Shown here piece after piece: positions 19,941 to 29,340 of a stretch of DNA of 64,000 nt. The translations under genes and the position numbers were made by a program. This DNA comes from Candidatus Magasanikiibacteriota bacterium (GTDB lineage Bacteria > Patescibacteriota > Patescibacteriia > Magasanikbacterales > UBA922), in NCBI GenBank assembly GCA_021648085.1, contig JAKITS010000001.1, forward strand, positions 260,948 through 324,947. Reading direction: 5' to 3'. The first letter of the stretch is position 1, and each line of letters opens with the position of its first letter. The notes beneath the pieces are model-generated. The model was not told the origin of the DNA and ran no database searches. It saw nothing but the letters and a program-made list of their open reading frames with translations.

Positions 19941-20160
19941 GTCATCCCGAACGAAACAAGGTGGAGCTTGAGGGATCTTGGAAAAGTATCATCAAAATTA
20001 TGAATTTTATGTTTTGGTGAATTAAATTGTGGGATCCTTCGATTGTCGCTCAGGATGACGTTATTATTTTACGTCATATTGAGCGGAACAAAGTGGAGTC
20101 GAAATATCCCCGTACAATATCACCAAAACATAAATAATTATAATAAAACATCAGTCCTTT
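19941..20160. repeat. REP-like palindromic element cluster (GTCATCCYGA...TCAGGATGAC type)
   Basis: GTCATCCCGAACGAA...GATCCTTCGATTGTCGCTCAGGATGAC followed by GTCATATTGAGCG...GAGTCGAAATATCCCC; second half recurs at about 37090-37238. Confidence 0.75.
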
Positions 20161-20187
20161 GTTCAAAATAAAACAATAATTAATACT

Positions 20188-20898
20188 ATGAGCGATTTGA
20201 TAAGTGTAATAGTGCCAACATATAATCCAGGAAAACATTTGCTAGAAACACTGCAAAGTATAATGGTGCAAACTTACAAAAATATAGAAGTAATTGTAGT
20301 GGACGATGGAAGTAAAATTCCTGTGGAAGACATGCTCAAAGATATGTTATTTTTTGAAAAGATTACTTTGATAAGACAAGAAAATCAAGGTGCGCCGTCG
20401 GCAAGAAATAAAGGGTTTAGTAAATCAACTGGAAAGTTTGTGATTTTTTGGGATGATGATATTGTGGGTGAATTGGATATGCTAGAAAAAATGCACTTGG
20501 CTTTGGTAGAAAATGAATCAGCGAGTTTTGCTTATTCTAATTTTCACTTTGGTTTCAAAAAAATGCCAGCAATGGAATTTAATGTGGAAGAATTGAAAAA
20601 GAAAAATTACATAATTACAACTTCACTTATTTATAGAGAAGATTTTCCCGGATTCGATGAGTTTTTGAAAAGGTTTCAAGATTGGGATTTGTGGCTAAAT
20701 ATGGCAGAGAAGGGTAAAAAAGGAATTTGGATAAATGAATATTTGTTTAAAGCAACTCCCAAAAAAGCTGGAATAAGTACTTGGCTTCCAAAGTTTGCCT
20801 ACAAAAAACCTTGGAATTTTCTACCATTCTTCAAAAAACGAGTAAAACAACACGAAAAAGCCAGGAAAGTGATAGAGGAGAAATATAATTTGAAATAA
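20188..20898 (+). CDS. Glycosyltransferase family 2
   Basis: ISVIVPTYN, VVDDGS, ARNKG, DDD, QDWDLW. Confidence 0.92.
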   Translation: MSDLISVIVPTYNPGKHLLETLQSIMVQTYKNIEVIVVDDGSKIPVEDMLKDMLFFEKITLIRQENQGAPSARNKGFSKSTGKFVIFWDDDIVGELDMLEKMHLALVENESASFAYSNFHFGFKKMPAMEFNVEELKKKNYIITTSLIYREDFPGFDEFLKRFQDWDLWLNMAEKGKKGIWINEYLFKATPKKAGISTWLPKFAYKKPWNFLPFFKKRVKQHEKARKVIEEKYNLK

Positions 20899-20941
20899 AT
20901 TTATTTTTTGAGATATTCTATTTTAGGTGTAAAATAAAAGT

Positions 20942-21964
20942 GTGGAAAATAAAAAACAAATTTTAGGACAATTTTTTACTAAAAATAACTTCTGGCTTAG
21001 GAAGCATGTTTTTGATTTTATAAAATCAACAAATTCTAAAATAGCGTTCGATCCTTTTGCTGGAGGAGGTGATTTATTAAAAGTTGCAAAAGAGATTGGA
21101 TTTAAAAAAACAATTGGTTTGGATGTGGATTTAGAATTAAATTGGAAATTTAATGATAGTCTTTTAGATATACCTATTATTAAAAATAGTATTATAATCA
21201 CTAATCCTCCTTATTTAACTAATTACAGCGCTAAAAGAAAAAAAATTTATAAGCAAGTTGCAAATTATTTTGAAAGTTCTAAGTTTAATGATTTATATCA
21301 AATAGCAATTGAAAGGAGTTTAAAAAATAATTTTGGCGTTATGATTATTCCAGAAACATTTATAAATTCAAAATTTCCAAAACATAGAATGAAGAGTATT
21401 ACAATTATAGAAGGTTTAATGTTTGAGGATACAGAAATTCCAACTTGTGTTGTTTGTTTTGATAATAAAATAAAAAATTATAATAAAATTTTATTATATA
21501 AAAATGATAAACTTTTAGGTGATTTAGATAAATATGAAAAAATGAGATTTAAGCCAACAAAAAATATTCCAATTAAATTTAATGCACCACATGGAAAAAT
21601 AGCTTTAAGAGCTGTAGATACAACAAGCATAGAAAGACCAATATCTTTTATGAAAAGAGAGGAGCTTAATTATTCATTATCTAAAATTAAACAAAGTTCT
21701 CGTTTAATAACTTTAATAGACATAAATATTAAAGAAGAAAATATAGAAAAAATTATAGAAAAAAGTAATAAATTATTACAAGAATTTAGAATAAAAACAG
21801 ATGATGTATTATTATCACCATTTAAAGGAAATAAAAAAAATGGAGAGAGGCGAAGAAGATTAGATTATTTAACCGCTAGAGCTATTTTAGAAAAAGCATA
21901 TGATTCTTTAATTTACAAAAAACAAATGAATATAAACAGTTTATTATATGAAAAAAATAAATAA
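20942..21964 (+). CDS. Amino (probably N6-adenine) DNA methyltransferase
   Basis: GQFFT, DPFAGGG (motif I), TNPPY (motif IV). Confidence 0.85.
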   Translation: MENKKQILGQFFTKNNFWLRKHVFDFIKSTNSKIAFDPFAGGGDLLKVAKEIGFKKTIGLDVDLELNWKFNDSLLDIPIIKNSIIITNPPYLTNYSAKRKKIYKQVANYFESSKFNDLYQIAIERSLKNNFGVMIIPETFINSKFPKHRMKSITIIEGLMFEDTEIPTCVVCFDNKIKNYNKILLYKNDKLLGDLDKYEKMRFKPTKNIPIKFNAPHGKIALRAVDTTSIERPISFMKREELNYSLSKIKQSSRLITLIDINIKEENIEKIIEKSNKLLQEFRIKTDDVLLSPFKGNKKNGERRRRLDYLTARAILEKAYDSLIYKKQMNINSLLYEKNK

Positions 21965-22928
21965 TATAAAATTATTTGAATTTTCACTTGAAAATAAAGA
22001 GTCAATAATTGAAGATTGGTATATAAAAAATGAAGATTTGATTATTTCCGATAATCCTAATAAGCCAAATGAATTAGTGAGTAAAAATGTTGAATTATTA
22101 GAATTAATTTCTACTTATAATTTTGCTAAGAAAAAAAAGAATAATAAATTAATGAATCAAATTATTCTAGATATACTAGAGGTTTTAAAATATAAAAATA
22201 TAAATTATTCAGAATTTGTATCATTTTGGTCTGTTGTAGATTTGTCTTATAGTGGATTTTGTTCGATTGAAGAAAAAGAACAAAGAAAAATAATAAAAAA
22301 GATTTTAAATAAATATATTGATTTAAGACACAAAACTTATTTAAAATATGGTTATACGCCAGTTACACTTCAGGTCGGTCGTGATGCTAAAGCACATAAA
22401 CAAAGTGGTTCTTTAGGAAATATTAAAGTTTCTAGTATTTTAAAAGATGCTGGTTTTGAAGATGGTAACCACAATAAAATTGAAGATTTTTTGTCTTTTA
22501 ATAAGAAAAAGTTTATTGAAACAGATAAAAAAGGTAAAAAGCTTTTTAAAGATATTTTAAAATATTTTAAAATTAATTTTAAATGGAGTTCCAAAAAAGA
22601 AGATAAAATGCCTGATTTTCTGTTTCGTTATAGAAATAATATTTATATTTTAGAACATAAACATATGAAAGAGGGTGGTGGTGGACAAAACAAACAAATG
22701 AATGAGATAATATCACTTATTGAACAAAGCGAAAGAAAGAAAAAAGTAAAAATATATTATATTTCGTTTTTAGATGGAACATATTTTAATTTACTTTCAG
22801 ATAACAAAAGTAAAAAAGATAAAATTAAAAAACAAATAACAAATATAAATAATAATTTAGAAAAAAATGAAAGAAATTATTTTGTAAATACTGCTGGTTT
22901 TACAAAATTTGTGGAACAGTTTAAATAA
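21948..22928 (+). CDS. Putative type II restriction endonuclease (PD-(D/E)xK)
   Basis: MPDFLF...ILEHKH...GGGGQNKQ; overlaps the MTase gene; very AT-rich. Confidence 0.65.
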   Translation: MKKINNIKLFEFSLENKESIIEDWYIKNEDLIISDNPNKPNELVSKNVELLELISTYNFAKKKKNNKLMNQIILDILEVLKYKNINYSEFVSFWSVVDLSYSGFCSIEEKEQRKIIKKILNKYIDLRHKTYLKYGYTPVTLQVGRDAKAHKQSGSLGNIKVSSILKDAGFEDGNHNKIEDFLSFNKKKFIETDKKGKKLFKDILKYFKINFKWSSKKEDKMPDFLFRYRNNIYILEHKHMKEGGGGQNKQMNEIISLIEQSERKKKVKIYYISFLDGTYFNLLSDNKSKKDKIKKQITNINNNLEKNERNYFVNTAGFTKFVEQFK

Positions 22929-22983
22929 AATGTTATATAAAAACAATAAAATAACCCACCAGTGATTCTGGTGAGTTTTATTT

Positions 22984-23277
22984 TTATGAAATGTCTGAAA
23001 TATATTGAGCAAGCTGTTGGGTAAAAAATCCGGTGGGGAATAAGTTGGCCATTGTTATCTCAACTCGCATACCATGATCTTCTATTATGGAACCTCCTTT
23101 GATTTTTAATCTTTGCAATATAGTTTTTGTTCCTATGTAAAAAGTGAGAAAACATCGCTGTTCCATGCGTAGAAGTTTCTCAACCCAATCCAAATTTACT
23201 GGTGAAAAATCTATGCGAATTCTTTCAGATTTTTTGCAGGCTTCTGATAGTTTCTTCTTCAATTCTTTATTTTCCAC
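22984..23277 (-). CDS. Hypothetical protein (orphan)
   Basis: Own promoter TTGCCA-17-TAATCT and leader GATCTTTTTACAA; downstream hairpin 22952-22980. Confidence 0.55.
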   Translation of the reverse strand: MENKELKKKLSEACKKSERIRIDFSPVNLDWVEKLLRMEQRCFLTFYIGTKTILQRLKIKGGSIIEDHGMRVEITMANLFPTGFFTQQLAQYISDIS

Positions 23278-23403
23278 TTCTATCTTCTTTTGTAAAAAGA
23301 TCTTAATTTAAGATTAAACTAAAAATGGTGCTTTGGCAACTTAAAATGAAAAAAGTGGCATGGCTCGTAGATGAGCGGTGCCACTTTTGTGACTATTTTC
23401 TTA

Positions 23404-23658
23404 TTATGTCATCCCTATTCCTATAATAAAAAGTACAAAAGAAGTAGGAAATCCTACTATAAATGTTTTAGCTGAGTGTTTTCCTAAAAACGGAAACCAC
23501 AAAAGCAAAGACCATAAAAAAAGAAAATAAACTATGCTTAATGTTAAGATAATTATTAAATATGTAATTTTTGAAGGTGTTATTTCATAAACTAAAAAAG
23601 AAAAAAATAAAGGAAAAATTAGAAAAATAACGGTAATTACATTTTTTAACTTAAACAT
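23404..23658 (-). CDS. Hypothetical small membrane protein
   Basis: AAGGGAG upstream of ATG 23658, 3 hydrophobic segments, hairpin 23351-23388 downstream. Confidence 0.55.
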   Translation of the reverse strand: MFKLKNVITVIFLIFPLFFSFLVYEITPSKITYLIIILTLSIVYFLFLWSLLLWFPFLGKHSAKTFIVGFPTSFVLFIIGIGMT

Positions 23659-23698
23659 GTTAAACTCCCTTAAAGCACTTTTGTCAAGAGTATTTGGG

Positions 23699-23726
23699 TA
23701 ATTTTGGCTAAATTTAGCCAAAATTA
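23699..23726. terminator. Perfect 28-bp palindrome at the end of the O-antigen ligase gene
   Basis: TAATTTTGGCTAAATTTAGCCAAAATTA. Confidence 0.6.
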
Positions 23727-25205
23727 TTTGTGTACAAAACGGGTGAAAAAGTCGGTTATTTTCTCCCAAATTGTTACAGAGTTAGAAGATATAGATATAA
23801 CAATTACAATGAAGAATAACCCAAGCGTATGGAAAAGTGCTGGAGTTGTGATATTTATGATAAGTAAAGCAATAAGCCCAGCAAAAAGCCCAATATATAG
23901 GTTTTTGTAATCACTTTGGACAATATTTATTTTTGTGATTAATGTCCGTTTTATATACAAAATTAAGGCCAAAAATATGGCAAGTCCTATGATTCCAAGT
24001 TCGGCTAGCATTTCGAAATATCCCCAGTCAAACTGCCGTGTAGTGATTTTGTCATAACTTATTAAACTTGTGTAAGTGATAGTTGCCCCAAGTCCAGATC
24101 CTACAATTGGGCTGGCTTTTATTTTGTCGAAAATAGGTGTAATTAAGGTCATTCTGGTGGCTGTGCTTGTCTCTATTTGTGGTTGCACAAAGCTAGCTGT
24201 ACGAACTCCCAAAAGTGGAAGTCCGAGTGAACTTCCACCGCTTGCGAGTAGGGAAGTACCAAAAAATATCAAAAATACAGAAGCAATACTAAAAGCACAG
24301 ATTTGAGTCCATTTTGTCCAGCTATGTTTGTATTTGAGAGTCAAAAGTCCAACTCCAAATCCTAAAAAGTATGCACGGGAAAAGTTGAGAATTAAGACAA
24401 AAAAACTAAACAGCAAAAGTGCTACTAAGAATTTTTTGTAGTCTTTTTGTTTTTTAATTAGAAGTCCAACTAAAACTAAACTTAAAACTACAAGAAGTAA
24501 ATGTTCTGGCGTTACAATTCTAAAAAATCCATCTCCCATTTCTGTGATTTTGCCCATTGCCACATCGCGAAACCATTTGTAATAAATTCCATGGATTTTG
24601 GTAAAACCAGCCGAAAAAACAATAAAATTGAATAACGAAAATATAAATGAGCCAGTTATAAAAGCCACTGCAAATTGTAAAAATTTAATTTGAGTTTCGC
24701 GTTCTTTTAGAAAATAATAAGAAGCCGGTGTAAGAAGTAAAATTGAAAATGGTAGAAAATCTTGTACAACAGCTCTAAACCCATGACCATTTACAAGTGC
24801 CATTACAGAAGTTAAGCCTAGATAAATTAGTAATAATAAAATTAAAAAAGAAGGGACGACAGGAAGCGAAGCATTGTGTTTGTATTTTTTGCTTAAAAGT
24901 GGAGTAATAAACCAAAGAGCTATAAAAGTAAGTACAAGCATGGTTCGAATGGAAAGCCCAGCAAACTCAAAGAAATGTCCAGCTCCACCCAAAAATAATT
25001 CACCGATTAAAATTATCCACGCCCACTCGGGTTTGTAAAAATATAAAATTCCAAATAAAAAAACAAAAGACAGTGATATTATTGCCTGGATAAATAAATG
25101 TGGTGCAAGGAAAAAAGATAGAATTCTTACGCCAATAAAAATGGAAACCATAAGAAGAACATTCTCGTTGAAGATTTTTTTTGGATTTGCGAGGAATTTT
25201 AGCAT
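23724..25205 (-). CDS. O-antigen ligase/polymerase (Wzy_C/WaaL) family
   Basis: Multi-TM, LNFSRA, PIVGSGLG, AELGIIG. Confidence 0.85.
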   Translation of the reverse strand: MLKFLANPKKIFNENVLLMVSIFIGVRILSFFLAPHLFIQAIISLSFVFLFGILYFYKPEWAWIILIGELFLGGAGHFFEFAGLSIRTMLVLTFIALWFITPLLSKKYKHNASLPVVPSFLILLLLIYLGLTSVMALVNGHGFRAVVQDFLPFSILLLTPASYYFLKERETQIKFLQFAVAFITGSFIFSLFNFIVFSAGFTKIHGIYYKWFRDVAMGKITEMGDGFFRIVTPEHLLLVVLSLVLVGLLIKKQKDYKKFLVALLLFSFFVLILNFSRAYFLGFGVGLLTLKYKHSWTKWTQICAFSIASVFLIFFGTSLLASGGSSLGLPLLGVRTASFVQPQIETSTATRMTLITPIFDKIKASPIVGSGLGATITYTSLISYDKITTRQFDWGYFEMLAELGIIGLAIFLALILYIKRTLITKINIVQSDYKNLYIGLFAGLIALLIINITTPALFHTLGLFFIVIVISISSNSVTIWEKITDFFTRFVHK

Positions 25206-25287
25206 ACTTGAAGAGTTAGTTTTAAATATTGTTTCTACCTAAATCCTAAAATTTAGTTAACGAAACCATACTTAAAACTAACTCTCA

Positions 25288-26214
25288 TTACGAAAGCTGT
25301 GCGTTATCTATTGCTTTAAAACCATTTGTGAAAGTTTGTGCATCCATTTTATTTTTTCCTTCTAGTTGAAGTTCTAAAATTTCAATAGATTTTTCACCAG
25401 TTCCTACGAAGATTTGCTTTCCTTCTATCAGTACTTCTCCTACGTGGATTTCCTTTTCTGAAGGTTTAATTTTCAAAAGCTTTAGATTTTTTCCTTCCCA
25501 AGAAGTAGAAATTCCTGGCCAAGGAGTTAGCCCACGATATAAATTATAAATTTGAGCATTTGTTTGGCTCCAATCTATCTTACCATTTTTTCGGGTTAGT
25601 TGTCTGCAAAAAGTTGCTTTTGAGTCGTTTTGCTCTTGGGGAATTATATTTTTATCTATAAAATCTTTGGCAGTTTGAGCAATTATTTTTGCACCAATTT
25701 CTGCTAATTTTTCATCTATATCCAAATAGGTGTCATCTGCTAAAATTTCCAATTTTTCTTGTTTCAAAATTGCACCTTCGTCTAAACCTTCGGACATTTG
25801 CATAACCGTAATTCCAGTTTCATCATCACCATTTATAAGTGTAGTTTGAATTGGAGAGGCTCCACGATATTTGGGAAGTAGCGAGGTGTGCACATTTAAA
25901 ATTCCATGCGTTGGAGCTTCCAAAATCTGATTTGGAACGATTAAACCATATTGCGCAGTAATTCCCACATCTGTTTTAAAATTCTCGGCATTTGCTGTTT
26001 TTAGGCTTTCTAGTTGAATTACTTCCAAACCATTCTTAAGTGCAAAAACTTTCACCGGCGGAGGAGTCATTACTTTTTTTCTGCCAACAGGTCTGTCTGG
26101 TTGAGTAATTACTTTTTCAACAGAAATAAAAGGCGCTTTCAAAAGTCCTTTCAAAATTTCTACCGCAAAATTATGCGTCCCAAAAAATATTACTTTTATT
26201 TTAGATTTTTCCAT
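25288..26214 (-). CDS. fmt: Methionyl-tRNA formyltransferase
   Basis: IFFGT, TQPDRPVGR, NVHTSLLPKYRGASPI. Confidence 0.96.
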   Translation of the reverse strand: MEKSKIKVIFFGTHNFAVEILKGLLKAPFISVEKVITQPDRPVGRKKVMTPPPVKVFALKNGLEVIQLESLKTANAENFKTDVGITAQYGLIVPNQILEAPTHGILNVHTSLLPKYRGASPIQTTLINGDDETGITVMQMSEGLDEGAILKQEKLEILADDTYLDIDEKLAEIGAKIIAQTAKDFIDKNIIPQEQNDSKATFCRQLTRKNGKIDWSQTNAQIYNLYRGLTPWPGISTSWEGKNLKLLKIKPSEKEIHVGEVLIEGKQIFVGTGEKSIEILELQLEGKNKMDAQTFTNGFKAIDNAQLS

Positions 26215-26692
26215 TTATTTCTTCTTCGTGGATATTTTTAGCTTTGAATATAAAAAGTTCGCCGTTCAAATGGTCAACTTCGTGTTGAATAATACGAGCA
26301 AAAAATCCATCGGCCTCAAAAGAAAATTCTTCACCTTTTTCATTTACTGCTTTTACTTTTATATTTTTCATTCTTTTTACCTTCCCAAAAGTGTGCGGAA
26401 CAGAAAGACATCCTTCGGTATCAGAAACTTTTTTTCTACTAGTCTTTTCCCAAGTTGGGTTGAACATTACCAAATCTTTTTTGTCTGGAGTGAATTGTTT
26501 TGTAATTATACAAAGTCTGATTTCTTTTCCAATTTGTGGCGCAGCCAAACCAACTCCGTCTGCGTTGTACATAGTTTCTACCATATCCTTTATCAACTTT
26601 TTTGCTTCTTTGGATACCACAAAATCAAGATCAACCTCGCGGGACCTTGTAGTTAAAATTTCATTTGGATGTTTTAAAATTGGTAAAATCAT
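26201..26692 (-). CDS. def: Peptide deformylase
   Basis: GVGLAAPQIG, EGCLS, QHEVDHLNG. Confidence 0.97.
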   Translation of the reverse strand: MILPILKHPNEILTTRSREVDLDFVVSKEAKKLIKDMVETMYNADGVGLAAPQIGKEIRLCIITKQFTPDKKDLVMFNPTWEKTSRKKVSDTEGCLSVPHTFGKVKRMKNIKVKAVNEKGEEFSFEADGFFARIIQHEVDHLNGELFIFKAKNIHEEEINGKI

Positions 26693-28545
26693 ATTGATAA
26701 TAGTGATAATGGATTTACATCAATCCGCCATTCGCTTGGGATCTTTTTGTTAATTTCCGCTATTTCTTTATATACATTATAGCGTTTTTCGTCTGTTTCG
26801 TGAAGCTTTTTTTTCAGCAAAATCACAAACCAATATTTCCCCCTATAAAACATTGGCGTGCTTTGTAGTGGACCCATTATTTTACATGTTTTTACCCCGT
26901 TTGTCAATTCATTATACAGTTTTTCTGCTTCTTTGTGAGCGGTAAATTCATTTTCGTGGCCATACATGTATTTTACAATAAAACTATATGGTGGATAGTT
27001 TAAAGCTTTGCGCCCATTCAAATCCATTCTATAAAATCTATCTGGTTCAAACAAAGATTTAAACAAAAAATGGTTTGGCGATAAAGTTTGTACAAAAAAT
27101 GAACTATCTTTTTTTCTAGTAAACTGAACTTTTTGAATTAAATGCCAAATTTTTTCTTGAGCACCAAATTCTGGCAAATTTAATTCTGTATCAATATTTA
27201 CAAATAAAAATAGTTTTGTCTTCTCCCAACGGATATTTTTGAAAGCCTTTGCAGTTCCTACAATTATTCTTTGCCCTTCTTTAAAATCTACATTTTCATC
27301 ATCGCCATCTATTCTATAGATTTCTTTATTTGGCAATATTTTTCTTAATTCTTTTTCGATTCCTTGTGTCCCAGCTCCAAAGTTTTTTATATCGATACTT
27401 CTACATTTTGGACATTGAACTAAAATATTCTTTTTTATTTTACAATAATGACATTGCAAAGTTTCTGTCTTTTCATGTGTGACGAGCGGTAGATTACATT
27501 TTTCACATCTTTCTATATGTCCACAATTATTACAAATAAGACATCCCGAAAGCCCGCGTCTATTTATATATAGAAAAATATCGCCAGTTTCTTCTTTTAA
27601 TTTCTCCTCTGCATACCAAGAAAAAGGGGAGTAGTTTTTTCCTCTCCTCTCGTCCACCATATTTATTATTTTTGGTAATTCTTGCGGTGGTGTGCTTATT
27701 TTTTCTTTTATATTTTTTGGTGCATCATAAATATTTTTGTAAATAGAAAAATAAGTTTCAGAACTAGGGGAGTAGCTGGTTAAATTTATTTGAATTCCAA
27801 AAATTTCAGTGTAAAGGTTTGCAATGTCTTTTGTGTTATAACGTGGATTTTGATCCCAATGTTTATGTCCTTCGTGGTGTTCTTTGTCTATTACAATATT
27901 TTTTAAATTTGGAATTGGTAGAAAAACAGCGCCACGAGTTCCAATTATTATTTTTTTATCTTCATTTCTTATTTGAAACCAAGTATTAAATTGTTCTTTT
28001 ACGCTCAAACCGCTATGCCAAACAATCACATTTTCTTTTGGTAAAATATTCAAAATATTTTTAATATCTTCTTTTTCTGGGACTATTATTAAAGTTTGTT
28101 CAGATATTATTTTTTTTAAATATTTTTTTTGTTCTTCTAAATTTTTATATACAAAAATTTTAGTTTTTTTAAAGTTTTTACTGTTTTCTTCAATTTTTTC
28201 TATTTCAACTTTTTGCAATTTCCTTGTTTGGAGAGGTGGAAGCATCATTTTCAAAATAATCGCTGGAGAAACGCCATAAAGTCTTGCAGACAAAATTCCA
28301 AACTCAATATGTTTTGCAGTCAAAATTGGTGTTTTAAGGATAATATTTTCAATTTCTCTTGCTTTTCCTTTTATTTCTGTCTTATCCATAACCTCAAAAA
28401 CAACCCCAAATAAACTGGATTTTCTAAAAGGTATTTTTACTAGTTGTCCTACTTGAATACTGTTTTCAAACTCAGCTGGAATTTTGTAATCAAACCAACC
28501 AAGTCCAAACGGCATTTTTCTAAGAGGTATTATTTTTGCAAACAC
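26689..28545 (-). CDS. priA: Primosomal protein N' (helicase-degenerate)
   Basis: IGTRGAVF, four CxxC pairs, NRRG, YPPY; no Walker A and DKEH instead of DEEH. Confidence 0.88.
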   Translation of the reverse strand: MFAKIIPLRKMPFGLGWFDYKIPAEFENSIQVGQLVKIPFRKSSLFGVVFEVMDKTEIKGKAREIENIILKTPILTAKHIEFGILSARLYGVSPAIILKMMLPPLQTRKLQKVEIEKIEENSKNFKKTKIFVYKNLEEQKKYLKKIISEQTLIIVPEKEDIKNILNILPKENVIVWHSGLSVKEQFNTWFQIRNEDKKIIIGTRGAVFLPIPNLKNIVIDKEHHEGHKHWDQNPRYNTKDIANLYTEIFGIQINLTSYSPSSETYFSIYKNIYDAPKNIKEKISTPPQELPKIINMVDERRGKNYSPFSWYAEEKLKEETGDIFLYINRRGLSGCLICNNCGHIERCEKCNLPLVTHEKTETLQCHYCKIKKNILVQCPKCRSIDIKNFGAGTQGIEKELRKILPNKEIYRIDGDDENVDFKEGQRIIVGTAKAFKNIRWEKTKLFLFVNIDTELNLPEFGAQEKIWHLIQKVQFTRKKDSSFFVQTLSPNHFLFKSLFEPDRFYRMDLNGRKALNYPPYSFIVKYMYGHENEFTAHKEAEKLYNELTNGVKTCKIMGPLQSTPMFYRGKYWFVILLKKKLHETDEKRYNVYKEIAEINKKIPSEWRIDVNPLSLLSI

Positions 28546-28547
28546 AT

Positions 28548-29339
28548 TTAAAAATCAAATTTTCCTACTAAATAACCAACACCAAAAGGGTGCTCATACG
28601 AAAGATTTTTAAAATGGAAGTTTTTATTTTTTAAAATTCCAAGAAGTATTAGAATTGAACGATAGCCACATTCGGATGCTCCTTTTATTAATTCTTCACT
28701 AAAGTTTGAAATTCCCAGAGTATTTCGTGTTTCCAGAAGTTCTATTAAAATATTATCGAATTCCTTTCCTTTTTCGTTGAATTTTACAGGAGAATCATGT
28801 GTAAGTGAGTGAGATAAATCACCAGAAGCTATTACTGCAATTCTAAGACTTTGGTGAGAAATTACCTCTTTTAATGCACTTCCAAAATTTATATGTTCTT
28901 TTGTGGAAAATTCACTATAGCCAATTGGTAAAATTTTTACATTTGGTAGATGTTTTGTTAGGTAATGAAGTGGAATTGTAGCCCCGTGATCCAATTTTTC
29001 TTGGCTCACAAGTCGTGCAGGAGTTTTTGTGTGCATTTGTGCGCGTGAAACCAAAGCAGCTAATTCGGGTATTCCATACCATTCTTTTTTTGTAGCCACA
29101 TCTCCAAATTCTTCAAAAGAAGACATAAAGTGAGTATGAGCATTTACAGTAAAAGCATCCTTAAAAAAAGATCCGTGAGGTGAAATTGTAATAATTACAT
29201 TTGGCTTTGTCACATAAAGTTCAGCTTCAAGCTTTTCCATTGCTTCTTTAGTTTTTTTTATAACATCTAGCTTATCCTTTCCAATGTTTGGAATTAGGGC
29301 GGGCGAGTGCGGTGTAATTGCTGCAAATACTAAAGACAT
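28548..29339 (-). CDS. AmmeMemoRadiSam protein B / LigB-like dioxygenase fold
   Basis: ITPHSP, ISPH, DHG, IASGDLSH, ECG, YEHPFGVGY. Confidence 0.85.
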   Translation of the reverse strand: MSLVFAAITPHSPALIPNIGKDKLDVIKKTKEAMEKLEAELYVTKPNVIITISPHGSFFKDAFTVNAHTHFMSSFEEFGDVATKKEWYGIPELAALVSRAQMHTKTPARLVSQEKLDHGATIPLHYLTKHLPNVKILPIGYSEFSTKEHINFGSALKEVISHQSLRIAVIASGDLSHSLTHDSPVKFNEKGKEFDNILIELLETRNTLGISNFSEELIKGASECGYRSILILLGILKNKNFHFKNLSYEHPFGVGYLVGKFDF

Positions 29340-29340
29340 A

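Noticed and set aside
19941-20160. CRISPR array or tRNA
   Set aside because: No regularly spaced direct repeats with spacers, no cas genes, no cloverleaf; fits REP-like palindromes
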